Source: Vicugna vicugna (lineage: Eukaryota). From it: DNA of 64,000 nt. Positions 24,860-37,865 of the stretch are shown one piece after another. Below the pieces are notes generated by a model that worked only from the letters and a program-made list of their open reading frames with translations, did not search any database and was not told the origin of the DNA. Positions within the stretch are counted from its first letter, which is position 1. Each line of letters begins with the position of its first letter. The stretch covers positions 3,459,967-3,523,966 of the forward strand of contig MU058636.1 of NCBI GenBank assembly GCA_013265495.1, written 5' to 3'. Both the position numbers and the translations under genes were made by a program.

Positions 24860-25690
24860 ACTGAATTTTCCTTATGTGAGTCGGTGATACCATTATGCAA
24901 ACGACAAGTTAAATCTGACCCAGGAGTCATTCCAAATCTTTTTCTTGCTCATGTCTTACATCTAATGAATCATCAGATCTCCTCTATCCATCGTCCCTTC
25001 ACATCGTCTGCTTGGCCTCCCACCTCAGGCCCTTGATGTCACTCTTCTAGGCTGTGATGCTGGTCTTCTAACTGGTACCCTGTTCCACCTCTATCGACTC
25101 TTGTTCCTCCCAAAATACATCCTCCACATGAATGCTCAAATTATTTTTTAGGGTTACAATTCTGTTCATGTTATTCTCCTGCTTGAAACAACTCAGTGGA
25201 TTCCCTGCCTGTGGGATAAACCCAAACTGGCCATCATGTCGTGCAAGTCCCTAGCTTCTTTTCCAGCCTCATCTCTTATCTCTCCCAGTCACCCAGGATC
25301 CCATCACACAGAGTCACCCGGATACACTAGCATTTTTGTAAACAGGTCACATGGTTTCACTCTTCCTTGCCTTTGCCCATATCTGGAATTTCTCCTTGTC
25401 CATCCAACCCTCCGCATGCTCCTGCAGAACTATTTACTCTTGAGACCCAGCTCAGGTGTCACCTCCTCTGAGAAGCCTTTGGTGACCCACTGAAGCAGAG
25501 CTGATGACTCCTTGTTTTGTGAAGCCACTGTACTGTTACCGCATGTTACATACTCTAGGGAATGCCTTATTTCCCTGACCCTCTCTCATGGTGAAGTCCG
25601 AGGCGGGAACTGTCCCTTACTTTGGTTTCAGCAGCACTGAGCAAAGCGCCTGGCACAGGGGACCAACCTAACAAAGGCTTGTGACCCTGG
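24860..25690 (+). mobile_element. L2 LINE fragment
   Basis: TCTGTTCATGTTATTCTCCTGCTTGAAAC, AGCTCAGGTGTCACCTCCTCTGAGAAGCCTT and GCGCCTGGCACAG motifs. Confidence 0.7.
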
Positions 25691-25724
25691 AGAGTGAGGA
25701 GGACACTGGCTGGGTGCCTCTCCT

Positions 25725-25880
25725 GGCTCTGCCACCGGCCAGCACTTTCACTGCTCTAGATTTCCGTTTCCTCAACTGTAAAATGGGAAAAATTACAGGA
25801 TTTTTGTAAAGATAAAATGATATAATTCATGTAAATAGCACAGTGCCCAGGCTTATACCGCAACAAATGTTAGCCGCTGC
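25725..25880 (+). mobile_element. MIR
   Basis: GTTTCCTCAACTGTAAAATGGG...GATAAAATGA...CACAGTGCC...CAAATGTTAGC. Confidence 0.75.
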
Positions 25881-26087
25881 TATGATCACGCCTCAGGGCC
25901 TTGTACAAGTTTTTAAGAAACTCTATGTGACTTTTCTAACCAACTGAATCCACTGATGCCACCCTTTTTCAAACTACTGCAGCACTAGTTGTAGCGTTCA
26001 TTTTCATATTTATATTCTGCTCGTATTTGTGTATCAACCTCCTGGGCAGTTTTTAAACTTGGGAGAACTGGGATGTGTCTTACACTT

Positions 26088-26615
26088 TGTGGGAGGCAGA
26101 ATTCTAAGCTGACCTCACGTGACCCTCATCCTTGTGGAATCCCCTCCCCTTTGAATGTGGTATTACCCCGTGACTAGGTTACATTAGACAACATAGCTGA
26201 CTTTAAGGGAGATTACCTAGTCACATCAAAGCATAAAAAGCAGAAAGTTTTCTCTGGCTGGCGGCAGAAGAGGAAGTCAGAGAGTCCAGGCACAAGAAAG
26301 ACTGGACGTGTCCTTGCTGGCCTGACGGTGGAGGGGGCGCTGTTGAAAGGACCTGAAAGCAGCCTTTGGGACCAGAGAGCAACACCCTACTGCCAGTCGG
26401 CAAGGAAACAGGTTATACAGCCTCAAGGAAATGGATCAGATCCTCCAGACCAGAGTTCACTTAGGTCAACATCTGGATTTCAGCTTCGTGAAACGGTGAG
26501 CAGAGAACTCAGCTATGCCTAGACAGATTCAACCCTGCAGAACTAGAACTGGATATGTGGGTGTTGTTTGAAGCCTCTGTGATAATTTTTGTTATGCAGC
26601 AATAGAAAATTAGTA
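26088..26615 (+). mobile_element. MaLR solo LTR (MLT1E/F-like)
   Basis: Starts TGTGGGAGGCAGAATTCTAAG and ends TTTGTTATGCAGCAATAGAAAA, typical MLT1 termini. Confidence 0.8.
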
Positions 26616-27930
26616 TTTCCTTTTAATGCTTTAGTTATTGAGCAAAACATTATTTAACATCATGTTCAATAAATATTCATGGAGAAAACATTAATAACTG
26701 AAATCACAGTAAGGTCAAAATGTCAACGGGACTTCTCTTTTATCAAAAATAAAAAAGTTTTTAAACATAGATTTTAATTTGAACAATATCTGTCATGCTC
26801 GTTTTATTATTTATTAAATTGCTTAAAACACATTCTATTCCAGAAGCAACGTTTTTGTAAACCATGAAAAGAATTACTTACAGCAGAGGTGCATGTAGAC
26901 ACACATTTCATATACCCAGGAACTACATTTTAGTTTGAGGACAACCAAAAATCAGTTAGTAGGATTATTTTACTAACTAAGGTAATCATCAAAAGGATTT
27001 ATAGGCAAAACATCTTTGCATAAATTACCATTACAAAGAGTGATTCTACATAACAAATATTTCCATGTCAATGCAGAAGGTCCTTGGAAATAATGCTTTA
27101 TTAATTTGTTCCCCAAATTTTTTATTAAAAAAATTTGGCAAGTGCTGTGTACTACATACCCCCCGTGGAGAGTCACAGTAATGTTACCATATTAAAAACT
27201 CAATGAAGTTGTGAAGTGAATCTATTTTTTTTTAATACAGCATTCTGCCAGTATAATTAATTCAGAATCTTTGCTTTGAGAAACATCTTGACATCTTGTA
27301 GCATCTGAGAAATGCTGACCTAAAGAAAATTTTCACTTTCCCCAGACAAAGTATCAAATCAAAATATTAGCAGGGGAAAAAAGGATTTCAAAAATTAAAT
27401 TGACGAAAGATATTTAGGAGCCAGAAAAGTGTCTCCCCCCTTTCACCATTGGCTATAGCAACTTTTCACTATTTTTTTTTGAGACAATAAATTGGAAAAG
27501 TGATTTTTAACAACTGTATTAACAAAATACCTATACAGTAAAATGAATGTCCCAAGGAGACTTCTAGAATAGCTTTAGTGATTGCCTATATCAATTTGTG
27601 CATTACTGAGGTGGATACACTTCAGAATTACTTGGATCAAGGTGTTTTCTGCCATCAAATACCCTTCAATTTAATGCAGACAACACTTCAATCTGACAGA
27701 CTTCTTAAGGAAAGGCATTTTTAGGTGATGCCCACTGCTGAGGAGAAGACAGAACAGGATCAGATTCTGGGCTAGGATTCTTGTGCTGTTAAATACTAGA
27801 AATGCTAAAAGAGATTCCATGTATAAAATATGAAAATAAATATTTTAAAATTGAATTTGAAACAGAACTATGATGTGCTTCCAAAAAGGAGGAATAACCT
27901 TAGGATTCTAGCCAAATTTTTGCTTTCGTT

Positions 27931-28118
27931 CAGTGGTTCTCAAACTTCCACAGTGTTCAGGAACTACTGGAAGGCTTTGTCAAGCACAGATGGCAGGGCT
28001 GCATCCCCAGGGTCCCTGGTCCAGAGGTTTGGGGTGGGGCCCAGGAATCTGTATTTCTAACAAGTTACCAAGTGATGCTGATGCTGCCGGTCCAGGAAGC
28101 TTATTTTGAGAACCACGG
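27931..28118. mobile_element. MER5A hAT-Charlie MITE
   Basis: Terminal inverted repeats CAGTGGTTCTCAAA / TTTGAGAACCAC and internal GGGGCCCAGGAATCTGTATTTCTAACAAG. Confidence 0.9.
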
Positions 28119-28649
28119 AGAACCTACTTCTTGTACCAACTCCCTTGAGATTCTCACTCAACAGGTCTGGGAAAAGCTTCATAGGTGGCTTCAGTGTGTG
28201 TCCATCTCAGAGATCCTTTTTAGCTCTGAAGTTCTGTGTTTTGGGATTCTGGTACAGAATATCCTTGTTCTGGCTCTGCATCTCAAATCCTTTGTAGTTC
28301 TCTCCACAGGTATTTCAGCACACAAAAGCAAAACCAGAACGCTTGGAGAATAAACTGGGAGACAAAAGCTTAATTAGTTTTACAGCTAATCAGCAGAATT
28401 TACCGGAGGAGGAGGTTGGAACATGCAACTACGGATTCTCACTCGTCTTTGCTCCGACCTCCTTCCAGTAACCTGGAAAATGCAGAGCTGACTGAGCTGA
28501 CCATTAGGGTAATTAGAGAATGCCCAGAAGTCTGCAACTACCACATAACTTCTACATCCATCTTCCTTTTCCTATTTCCCTTTGCATTTGTTTAATTGGC
28601 TGTGATTCTAAGACTCAATTTAGTATCAGCCATAAAGCTGTTCTGGTAG

Positions 28650-28855
28650 AGCAGTCAAGAGTCAGATGGATTCAGGTCCTGGCTCTGTCATGTAGTTGCT
28701 GAAGGACTCTGGGAGAGGTATTTCATATTTCCTGACCTCAGTTTCTTTTTCTATAAAATAGAAAATACTTCATCTCATTGTTGTTAGGTGTCAATGAGAA
28801 AATGCAGGAAAAGCACATAGCCAGTGCCTGGCACAGAGTAAGGGGGCAATAAATA
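28650..28855 (+). mobile_element. MIR
   Basis: CCTCAGTTTC...CTATAAAAT...CAGTGCCTGGCACAGAGTAAG...CAATAAAT. Confidence 0.7.
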
Positions 28856-29899
28856 GCACACGATTCATTTTACCAACAAAAATTCTATGAAAGTCTTAGA
28901 GCAAGTGTCAATTTCAATCTTGAGAAGCAAGAATTATATTAAGTATTTTTTTCCTTCCTTTTTTTTTTTAATGAATGATCAGATAGGCAGGGCTGGGCCT
29001 GGCCCCACAGGCCTGGACTCACTATAATATTTTTCAATGAAACAACCAAAGATGTCACTTTCAATGCAGAAGTTCCTGCCACCCTTAAGAACTACCTTTA
29101 GTAAGGACCAAATATTATCAGGTATAAGACCTCTGACTCTAAGATGCAGCTTTATATGCTGTAGAACTTAGAAAGAAAAAGGGCCAACAAACTATGAGAT
29201 GATGCTTTCTTATCACTTCCAATTTTCATTTTATACTTTATGAAGCTGCTCTTTCAGACTTAGATTTTTTAAATATCTATCATTCTTTTGCATACATAAA
29301 AGGCAAAATACAGGCAAGACAAGCTGATTTAAAATATTCCTAAGTTGTCTTCACATTCAGAGTCCCAGCCTTCTGAATACTTGCTTGACTCAGAGTCCTG
29401 TCACTGCTTATTCACTCAGTGTCATCCTTTGTACCATCAAGGGCGCTGACGGTGCAGCATTTCTTAAGAGAATCCAAAAGTATTGAAAGCTCTTGGGGCT
29501 GGACTCTTTGCTTGACTATTTTTGATTCCTGCTTCAAGAATACCGCCAAGCACATGATGATTTATCAGTTCCCCTACTCCCTTTCCCATAAACATTTGGT
29601 TCCTAAGGATTAAAAGAGTGCCCCTCTCTTCCTTCTGGGATTTTACTGCAAGTAACTGACACCCATCTTCCAAATCTGAACACTGGTGTTTTTGGTGTTC
29701 ATGGAAGTGCGGACAATGACATCTGGGGCCTGGTCAGCAGACTGTGAGAATCTTCATTTAGAAGAAGCATCTTGATTTCATAGATGATGGTAATAAGTTA
29801 ATCAAACCCTGAACTGCACCTTAGCAGAGGTCAGCTCTGTCGGTCATTTGCAGAAAAAACAGTAGCGATATTATTAATAGCGTTCACATTGCACCTATT

Positions 29900-30862
29900 T
29901 TTCCCTCCGTAATAGCCTGATTGAGATAAAATTCACATGCCATACAATTTACTTATTTAAAGTGCAAAACTTCATGGTTTCTAATATATTCACAGAGTAT
30001 AACAATAAATCAATTTTAGAACAATTTCATCACCCCAAGAAGAAACACTGGACTCATTAGCAGCCAATACTCCTTCCTTCCCCAACTCCCAGCCCTCCTA
30101 ACAATTAATCTACTTTTCAGTTCTACAGATTTGCCTATTCTGGATATTTCGAATAAATGGAATCACAATGTGTGACCTTTTGTGGCTAGTTTTTTTCACT
30201 TAGCATATGTTTTCAAGGCTCATCCACATTATAGCATGAATCATTACTTCATTCCCTTTTATTTTTGAATAATATTTAATTGTACGGATAGATCATATTT
30301 TATTTATCCACACATCAGGTGATGGACACTTGATTTTTTCCCGCTCTTCTTGGCTATCATGAATAATGCTGTTACGAACATTCATGTACAAGTTTGTTTT
30401 ACAATTTTAATTCCCTTTTTTTTAAGAAGTGAAGCAACAGAGTGCAGTATTTTAATTTTTTATTTATCTTTTTTGGGGGGGGAGATAATTAGGCTTATTT
30501 ATTTATTTATTTTTAGAGGAGGTACTGGGAATTGAACCCAGGACCTCGTGCATGTTAAGCATGTGCTTTATTTAGCACTTGAGCTACACCCTCCCACTCC
30601 GTGTACAGGTTTTTGTGTAGATGTCGTCGGTTTTCATTTCTCCTGGGTACATACCTGGGAGTGGAACTACTGGGTCATATGCTAACTCTATGTTTAACCG
30701 TTTGAGGCACTGCCAGACTGTTTTCCAAAGCAGCTGCACCATTTTACAATCCTACCAGCAATACACCAGGCTCCTGATTTCTCCACATCCTTGCCAACAT
30801 TTGTGATTATCTGTCTTTGATTACAGCCATCCCCGTGGGTGTGTAATGATACCTTCATTATG
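29900..30862 (-). mobile_element. L1 3' fragment (L1MB-like), antisense, interrupted by a SINE
   Basis: ATTGAGATAAAATTCACATGCCATACAATT...TTTGCCTATTCTGGA...GGAACTACTGGGTCATATG...CACTGCCAGACTGTTTTCCAAAG...TCTCCACATCCTTGCCAACA. Confidence 0.92.
30396..30599 (-). mobile_element. tRNA-Ala-derived SINE with extra 3' segment
   Basis: Reverse head at about 30520-30597, standard tail, then about 50 bp of extra sequence. Probable TSD CATGTACAAGTTT (30383-30395) / CGTGTACAGGTTT (30600-30612). Confidence 0.85.
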
Positions 30863-33654
30863 TGGCATTGCACTTATTTTTAAAGTACTTTCACTTTCAC
30901 CTCCGATCCTCACCTCTGTCAACATTCTGTATCCACAATCAAGGAAGCAAACACTGAATCACTGACTTGCTCAAGATAGCTCCGTTAGTGACAGCAAGTG
31001 AACTAACCTGCTTCTGGACTCTCATTGCTTTCCTACCACACCAGGCTATTCTAACCGCAGGAGAGAGTAAGGTCGGCTGCAGAGTGAGGTCAAGAGTGAC
31101 GAGAGAGCATGGATAAGACGGGGAGGGTGGCAGGAGGTTGGTGCTGCTGTATCACGTTTGGTGACATGCTGTTGCTACTGGTTTTCACAAGACAGCAATA
31201 CCTAGTGAACCGTGTTGAGCAATAGCTCAGTAAGATGAGGCTGATTTTGGGAAAAGGCCCGGTTATAGCTTGGGAAGTATAGAGGCAGAAAAAGTCCAAA
31301 AATTCCAACAAAGCCCATATAGCTCTGCCTTCAGAGCCTACAGGAAAAGGCTGTGCAATCCAGCTTAGTCTGTTTTTGCCACATCTGCTTTTGGAATTAT
31401 TACACTAAGGAAGAGTAATATTCCAGGTCTGCCTGCTTCCCAGCAGGTGCAGAAGATACAGGCAGCCTTGGCTGGTAAGGTGAATTCATTATTTTTGGTG
31501 TTGATAAACTGAGAGACTGAAAGAATTTTTGCTTACGCTTACATCTTCTATTCATGAACTATCTACTTTATCTGCAAAAAAATCAATATTTTATGAAATA
31601 ATCTCCTTGGAGGTTAAGTGCTGTAGCACCACCCTTTTCTAGTTTAAAGAAAATCTGCATGTTACTAAGGGGAAAAGGCCTTTAAAGGAAGCGTTCCTAC
31701 CTCGCTAGTAAAGCCTGCTTCCAATCGTTGGGCCATGAAACTTCACTGGAGTCACAGAGTGCAACAACAGGTGGACTGGCATGCAGAACGTCTACTGAAG
31801 CCAAAAATTTTCTTCAGGATTTTTTTTTCCCTGAAGATGTGCCACAGTCTTAGGACGATAACAAAATGAGGTTACTGGTAGGACCCACTCTCTGAATATG
31901 CTGGTGCGGTGAAAAGGACTGGTGTCCTTTGCGCATCTGAGGCCTGCGGGGCTTACTTACCCTGATCGCGCTGCCAGCAGCTGTTATGTGTAGCGCCTGG
32001 CGCTGTTTTGGTGGCTGTTTTTTTTAATTGGAAGGCAGCAGATAACAACATGAATTAACCTATGTCTAACAACTTTTAATGATTATATTTCGCTTCCAAA
32101 CCCTTGTCTACACTTCATATAGTTGTACTCAACATGCATATACTATTCTGTATATTCTTTATTAGTCTGACACAATTTTGTAAAACTTCCTACTTTATAT
32201 TGTTTTCATAAGAATGTTCGTGTCTGTGTAACATTCTGTCATGAAGAGCTAAACCTTTTCCTGCTGTTGGACACGAAGCTGGCTTCCGGGCTATATCCTT
32301 AAGGATACGCGTAAGGTTTTTTCTCCCCTTTTGTTATTTCATTAGGACTCATTCTCACGGAGGAAAGTGTACAGTTACTGAATCCTATACACCACAGACG
32401 TGATGGGAATTAGTCATTATTTTTGTAACTCTATGAGACAGTATTTTTAAAATTCCCATTTTGCAGGTAAGAAAAGAAAGTCGAGAGAGGTTAGATGAGA
32501 GGATGGTGACACTGGCTCCACCTGTGGGCATGTAACTTGTGCGTCTCAGAATTCTCATCTATAAAATTGATAGATCATAAGAGTTACCACTCATAGGGCT
32601 ATTGGGAGGTAATAGCTATGAAGCACCTGGCGTGCCTGGCACACGGTAAAACCTCAAAACGCAGGAACAGCAAGAACCACGAGAACAGTCCTGGCTCCGC
32701 TGTCACTACGAAGTCACGTGTCCCAAGACAAATAACCAGAAAGGGGGCTGGCCTACCTGACACCAAAGCTCTTGCGCTTCCCCACTCTACCACACTGCCT
32801 TCCTGTGGGAGGGCCAGGTCAAAGAAGAGCTTTCTTCTTTTGCCATCTTCTACAAGTGTTCTAACAATTTAGAAACACCTGGCACTGTTTTGTCTCAGCT
32901 TCTCAGATCACAATCAGCCTGAAGTCTTTGCTCCCACAAGCCACTCGTTTCTTATCTGTGTTTTCAACACCTCCTGCTGAAGGTCCTTTTCTTTGCGTCC
33001 CACAGCCATGCAAGGTCCTTGGCTGGGCAGGTCACCAAGGGGGCCCGAGAGCTCAACTTTTACCAAGCAGCCTGAGCAGTCAGACCTGGAGACTCAAGAA
33101 CCCCCATCAGAGCAGGGTCCACGGCGGCTGTGGACTAGGTGTGGTGCTCCCCTCTCCCGGAGGAGGTCGGGGAGAAAGCAGGAAGGAGCAGTTATCTCAG
33201 AAAGACAACAGCACCCTGACTTAGGTCTCTGGCTCCTAAGCTTCAGCTCTGAGAGAAACTCCAGAAACAGGAGGCACTGGTCAGTGGCAGGAGCATGGGC
33301 AAAGCCCTCGGCCTCCTCTGACCGTGCCCTTCTGCTCACCCGGGGAGGAGCGGCTTCGCCTTCCCGCTAGGGGATGCTGGGACTAGGGGCAGTGGAACTG
33401 GGTGAGTAAAGCCTGAAGACTGGGTGGGAGCTCCGACCGCTGAGCCTGTGCTCGCCTTCCTCAGGGGTCTGCTAGGTGGCAATGACTCAGGCGGGGATTT
33501 GCTTCTGTGGGTGAAATATGATTATCTGTCTTCTAGCTCCTCCTCCCCCATGGACTGTCCCTTCCTGAGGGCTGGCATCACCACGTAGCATCCAGGGCTC
33601 CCTTAAATACTGATGGAATAGAAGGCTCCGATGTATTGTGACATAAGAAGAGGG

Positions 33655-33830
33655 CTGGGACCCTGTGCCAGGCACTGTGCTGTGCTTACTTGTCCACATC
33701 AAGACTGCAAGGCAGTAGCATTCCCACTCACCTATAAGTGAGTCAAGACTTAAAAGTAGCTTTCCCGAGGTCACAATAGCCAAATATTTGGGGAAGCCAG
33801 GGTTCAAAGTCAAGTATGTCAGATGATGAA
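33655..33830 (-). mobile_element. MIR
   Basis: TGTGCCAGGCACTGTGCT...CCCGAGGTCACA...GAAGCCAGGGTTCAAA. Confidence 0.65.
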
Positions 33831-35689
33831 AAACTTGTGTTCTTTCCCCTTATGTTGGAATGCCTTCTGCAGCCCCCAGATCTACACCCTCCCCCTGCCC
33901 AACCTCACATGTCAAAAATTTTAAAAAGCAAACCAGGTGTTAATTATTTTTAAATTTTATTTAATGTTGAGAAGAACTGTTTACAGAAACTGTCAGTGGA
34001 TTTATGTAGACTGGTAAAACTAAATTGAAAAGGCAGACACTTTTATAGCATCTCATCCTCATGTGGTCTTAACAGCCTGATCCCAAGCAGGGAACTCCAT
34101 GTACTGCAGCCCCAGCAACCAGGCAACTCGTTTCCTAGACTGTTCTCTGCATAAAACTTTTGACTCAGGGCTCCTGTCATCAGCCAAATGTGAACACGAA
34201 ATGTCCTTCCTCAGGTGGGAGGAGTGAGGTAGATGATCTTGAACCACTTACCCTTTTTCATGACAAGCCACAAACTAATTAGGAAAGTCAGAGGGCTGGG
34301 GTAAAGGAAATCTGCATCATTTAGAAGGGATCACTTAAGTCCAGAGCCCTTCCCTTTTTAGGAATCTAAAGAAGATAACTACTGTGAGGGGAAGGGAGGG
34401 TAAGATCATGTTTACCCACAAAAGTACTAACATCTTACCTTCCCTTGCTGATTACTGAGCTTATGTAGGCTGATTAGGTGACACTGGTTGCCACAGGTTG
34501 ACCAGAAGCTCTATGAGCAGTCCTATACATATTTCTTTGATTGAAAAAGAAGAGAAATACTGAACTACGTGTGAATGCAGAGTGCCTAGAAGACACGAGA
34601 TTCCAAGAGGTGAAGTCCGTAGGGGAAAAGCTCATAGGTATAAAAAACGATGAGAACCATGGGGCCGACCTAGGAAGCTGCCAAAAGAATCAGGGAAACT
34701 TCCTCAACTGAAAACTGCGTGAGGTCGAACTGTTTTTTGGAGACCTTGAGTGTCAGAAAGAATCGTGTTCTTTCACAAATAGGAATCTCTGGATTGTGAG
34801 ATGGAGAAACCAGCAAGGGTGTCCTAAGTGGCGAACGAGACAGAGATGTCTGTCTGTTCCTCACCCGGGGCTCTGTTACAACGCACATGGAGGCCCGTCC
34901 CTCTATCTGCCCCAACTTAGTGACATTTCCTGCTCAGGGAGGCCTCCACTGCTGTCAAGGCTACTAGTTCTGAAAGGGGGATATAATGTGTGTTGGAACA
35001 AACTTTATAGTTCATTGGGTACATCAGTGACAACTAAGGAGGTAAAAGTGGCTGAGTTATTATCAAAAAACTGGTTGCAAAAATATCTGAACACTCTTTT
35101 TGCACTGAAGATCCTGCATACATTTTCCCACACTTAAAAAGTTTCTTGACAGAGGTCTGAAAAGTGACCATTTCAAGCAGTGATTCTGAAACAGAGTTTC
35201 AAGAAATCCCTTAGGCATACGAGGCACCATCAGGCGATGGACGCAGACCTGATGAGCTGGCACTGGCTCCTCCCTATGCTGAATCAATATCATGCCAGAT
35301 TTCTGTACGTTGAGAATGACGGACAAGATTTCCACAGTTTAGAGAAAAGCTGGACGGGAGTGGATGACCTATTTCAGCCAAGAGAGGGGCTCAGGAATGC
35401 TGAATCAGCAGCCACACTGTGACTGATGTCTACACATGTAAATATGCCACTGCCCAACGTGTCCCTCACCCCTGCCACGGATGTCCAAAACGAAACCATA
35501 AACACTCTAAACTGCACTGTCTTCTCTGTCTCCTCTTCCTCAATGCTCTATGTCAGACCACGTCTCTAAGCACACTAATATGTATCTATCACCATTCAAC
35601 CAGGAATGCAAACTCTAGGCTAGCCTTCCTGTTGGATTTTGTGCAGAACGTGCACAAGATTTCCAAACAGGTGGTGGCAACAAAGACAC

Positions 35690-36330
35690 GTTCATCTTCA
35701 CTCAATGAAAGAAATTCAAATTAAACAATGAGGCCTATTATTCACATATCAGATTAACAAAGTTTTAAGATAATAACAACAATAATAATAATAGTTTCAA
35801 CACAGGTGAAGGTATGTGAGGGGGAAAGAAATTCATACACTCACTGCTGGTTAGAGTGTAAATTTGTGCACCATGATAATAATTATCCATGTAGATATCT
35901 TTTAACCAATACTAATTCCACTTGCACGAATTTATCCTACAGATCCCCTCACCAAAGTGGGCAAAGAAACATGTAAACATATTTTTAAAGCACTGTTGGC
36001 AGTAACAAAAATTATACCAATAGGGGGATGGTGAAATAAATTATGATATCCCTGTGAGGTGGAATCTTACGCAGCTCTTAGAAAGGACCTAAACCTATGA
36101 TATGGAAAGACGTTTACTGGTATATATGATATGGTCTTATTTGTATAACAAAAATAAACATGTCTGCATATGCATAAAAAATTTGAAGACCATACCCTGA
36201 ACCAGCTCTATCTCTGGAGAGTGGGACTTAAGGGCGAGGTTGAGAATGAGGACTTTAAGTTTTTATTGTACAAACTTCAGTATTTTTGGAATATTTAAGA
36301 GGGGCTTAAACTGCTATTGTAACTTTAGAA
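35690..36330 (+). mobile_element. Ancient L1 (L1ME-like) fragment
   Basis: AATTCAAATTAAACAATGAG, CTGCTGGTTAGAGTGTAAATT, AATTCCACTT...AATTTATCCTACAG and AAATAAATTATGATAT motifs. Confidence 0.65.
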
Positions 36331-36649
36331 ATTAAAATGAATGATGGCGTATCCTGTGAGGGGTATCCTGAGCCCACTGATTAAAGCTAATAATCAGGAG
36401 AAGGGGAGAACAGGCCTCAGCCATAATAACAAGTCTATCAGGAAAGGAAAAAAGGTGCACTTTCACACAGAAACCCTAGGCACAGTGGTTGTTCCACTGT
36501 TACAGGAAGATTCAATTTGAAGATGAAGAACACCCATGTTAAAAGTGAATTCTCATAACAACCACTAACTACCAAGAGGGTTCAGCTACATGCCTAGAAT
36601 TACTATGCTAGGTAACACATACATGTGCACATATGTATATTCAGCTAGA

Positions 36650-37115
36650 TTTTTTTCAAAGATAAAATTCACACATGCTTATTGTAAAAATAGGAAAATT
36701 TACAAAATAGAAATTTAAAGTCCCTTGTAATTCTGGCTTCCAGAGATAACTACTATAGCCATCCGTATGTGACTATAGCATTTCTTTATGTGTGTCCAAA
36801 AAACTACATATTTTTAAAAATAGGATCATGGTTTTACAACTTTTTCCCCCCAAATAACAGTACCGCCAATATCTTTCCATATCAGTGGATCTAGGTCAAT
36901 CTCATTCTTTTTAATAGCTGCATAGTATTCCATTCTATTGATATATATCACAATTTTAAAAATCAGTCACCTAGATATTTAAGTGTTTATAAATTTTTAG
37001 TACTGTAAGTAAGATTGCAATCAACCATCCATGCACATGAATCTTTGCATATAAGTATTTACATAAATACACTCCTAGAAGTAGAATATAGAATAGGAGG
37101 GGATATATATTCTTT
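36650..37115 (-). mobile_element. Ancient L1 (L1ME-like) fragment, antisense
   Basis: CTCATTCTTTTTAATAGCTGCATAGTATTCCATT and ATACACTCCTAGAAGTAGAAT. Confidence 0.7.
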
Positions 37116-37493
37116 TAAATCTTCATTATAACCTATGAGATGGGTATAATTACCCCCAATCTCTACAGAAAAGGTAACTGAGGCTCAGAATGGCTTTACA
37201 CCTCTGTTAGTAAATGGTGAATTAGCTTCAAACACAGGTCCAACCGAGTCCAAAACATACACTCTTCCTACTACGTTACGTGGACTCACGCTCAGGAGAA
37301 GAGACTGAAGGAGTCAACAGAAATGGGGAGTAAAGCTGAACAAAGGGTCCTGGAGCCAATGCACCTTGGGATATTCTGTGCTGGGAGGACATGGGATGGG
37401 AGGAGCTGGGATTGGAGCACGGGGGAAGCCTGGAAACTTCACAGGACTGGGGTGTGCTCTGGGGTGGCTCAACGTTAGGGCTTCCTAGTATTT

Positions 37494-37617
37494 GGGGTGG
37501 GGGTGGCAATTAGGTTTATTTATTTATTTACAGTTTCTTAGTGGAGGTACTGGGAATTGCACCCAGGACTTGGCGCATGCCCAGCACAGGCTCTACCACT
37601 GAGCTATCCCCTCCTCT
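37494..37617 (-). mobile_element. tRNA-Ala-derived SINE (Vic-1-like)
   Basis: GGAGGTACTGGGAATTGCACCCAGGAC...CTCTACCACTGAGCTAT. Perfect TSD GCTTCCTAGTATTT (37480-37493 and 37618-37631). Confidence 0.92.
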
Positions 37618-37662
37618 GCTTCCTAGTATTTTAAATCCGAACAGAATCACAGGGTTTCTTCT

Positions 37663-37865
37663 CTAGTGTTTTTCAAACTTTTTGATTACATAATTTTCAG
37701 TAAGAAAAATATTTCACTTTGTGACCCGGCATGCACACACACATAAATGCAACTGAAACAGAAGTGTCGTGACACAAAACTTAACGTTTGTTATATGCAA
37801 AGTGTTGTAAAATTTTCTCTTTCATAAAAAAATGCTGGTCAAAACCCCCAGTATGAAAACTCTGC
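37663..37865. mobile_element. Probable hAT-Charlie MITE remnant
   Basis: Termini AGTGTTTTTCAAACT ... CAGTATGAAAACTCTG resemble Charlie-type terminal inverted repeats. Confidence 0.45.
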
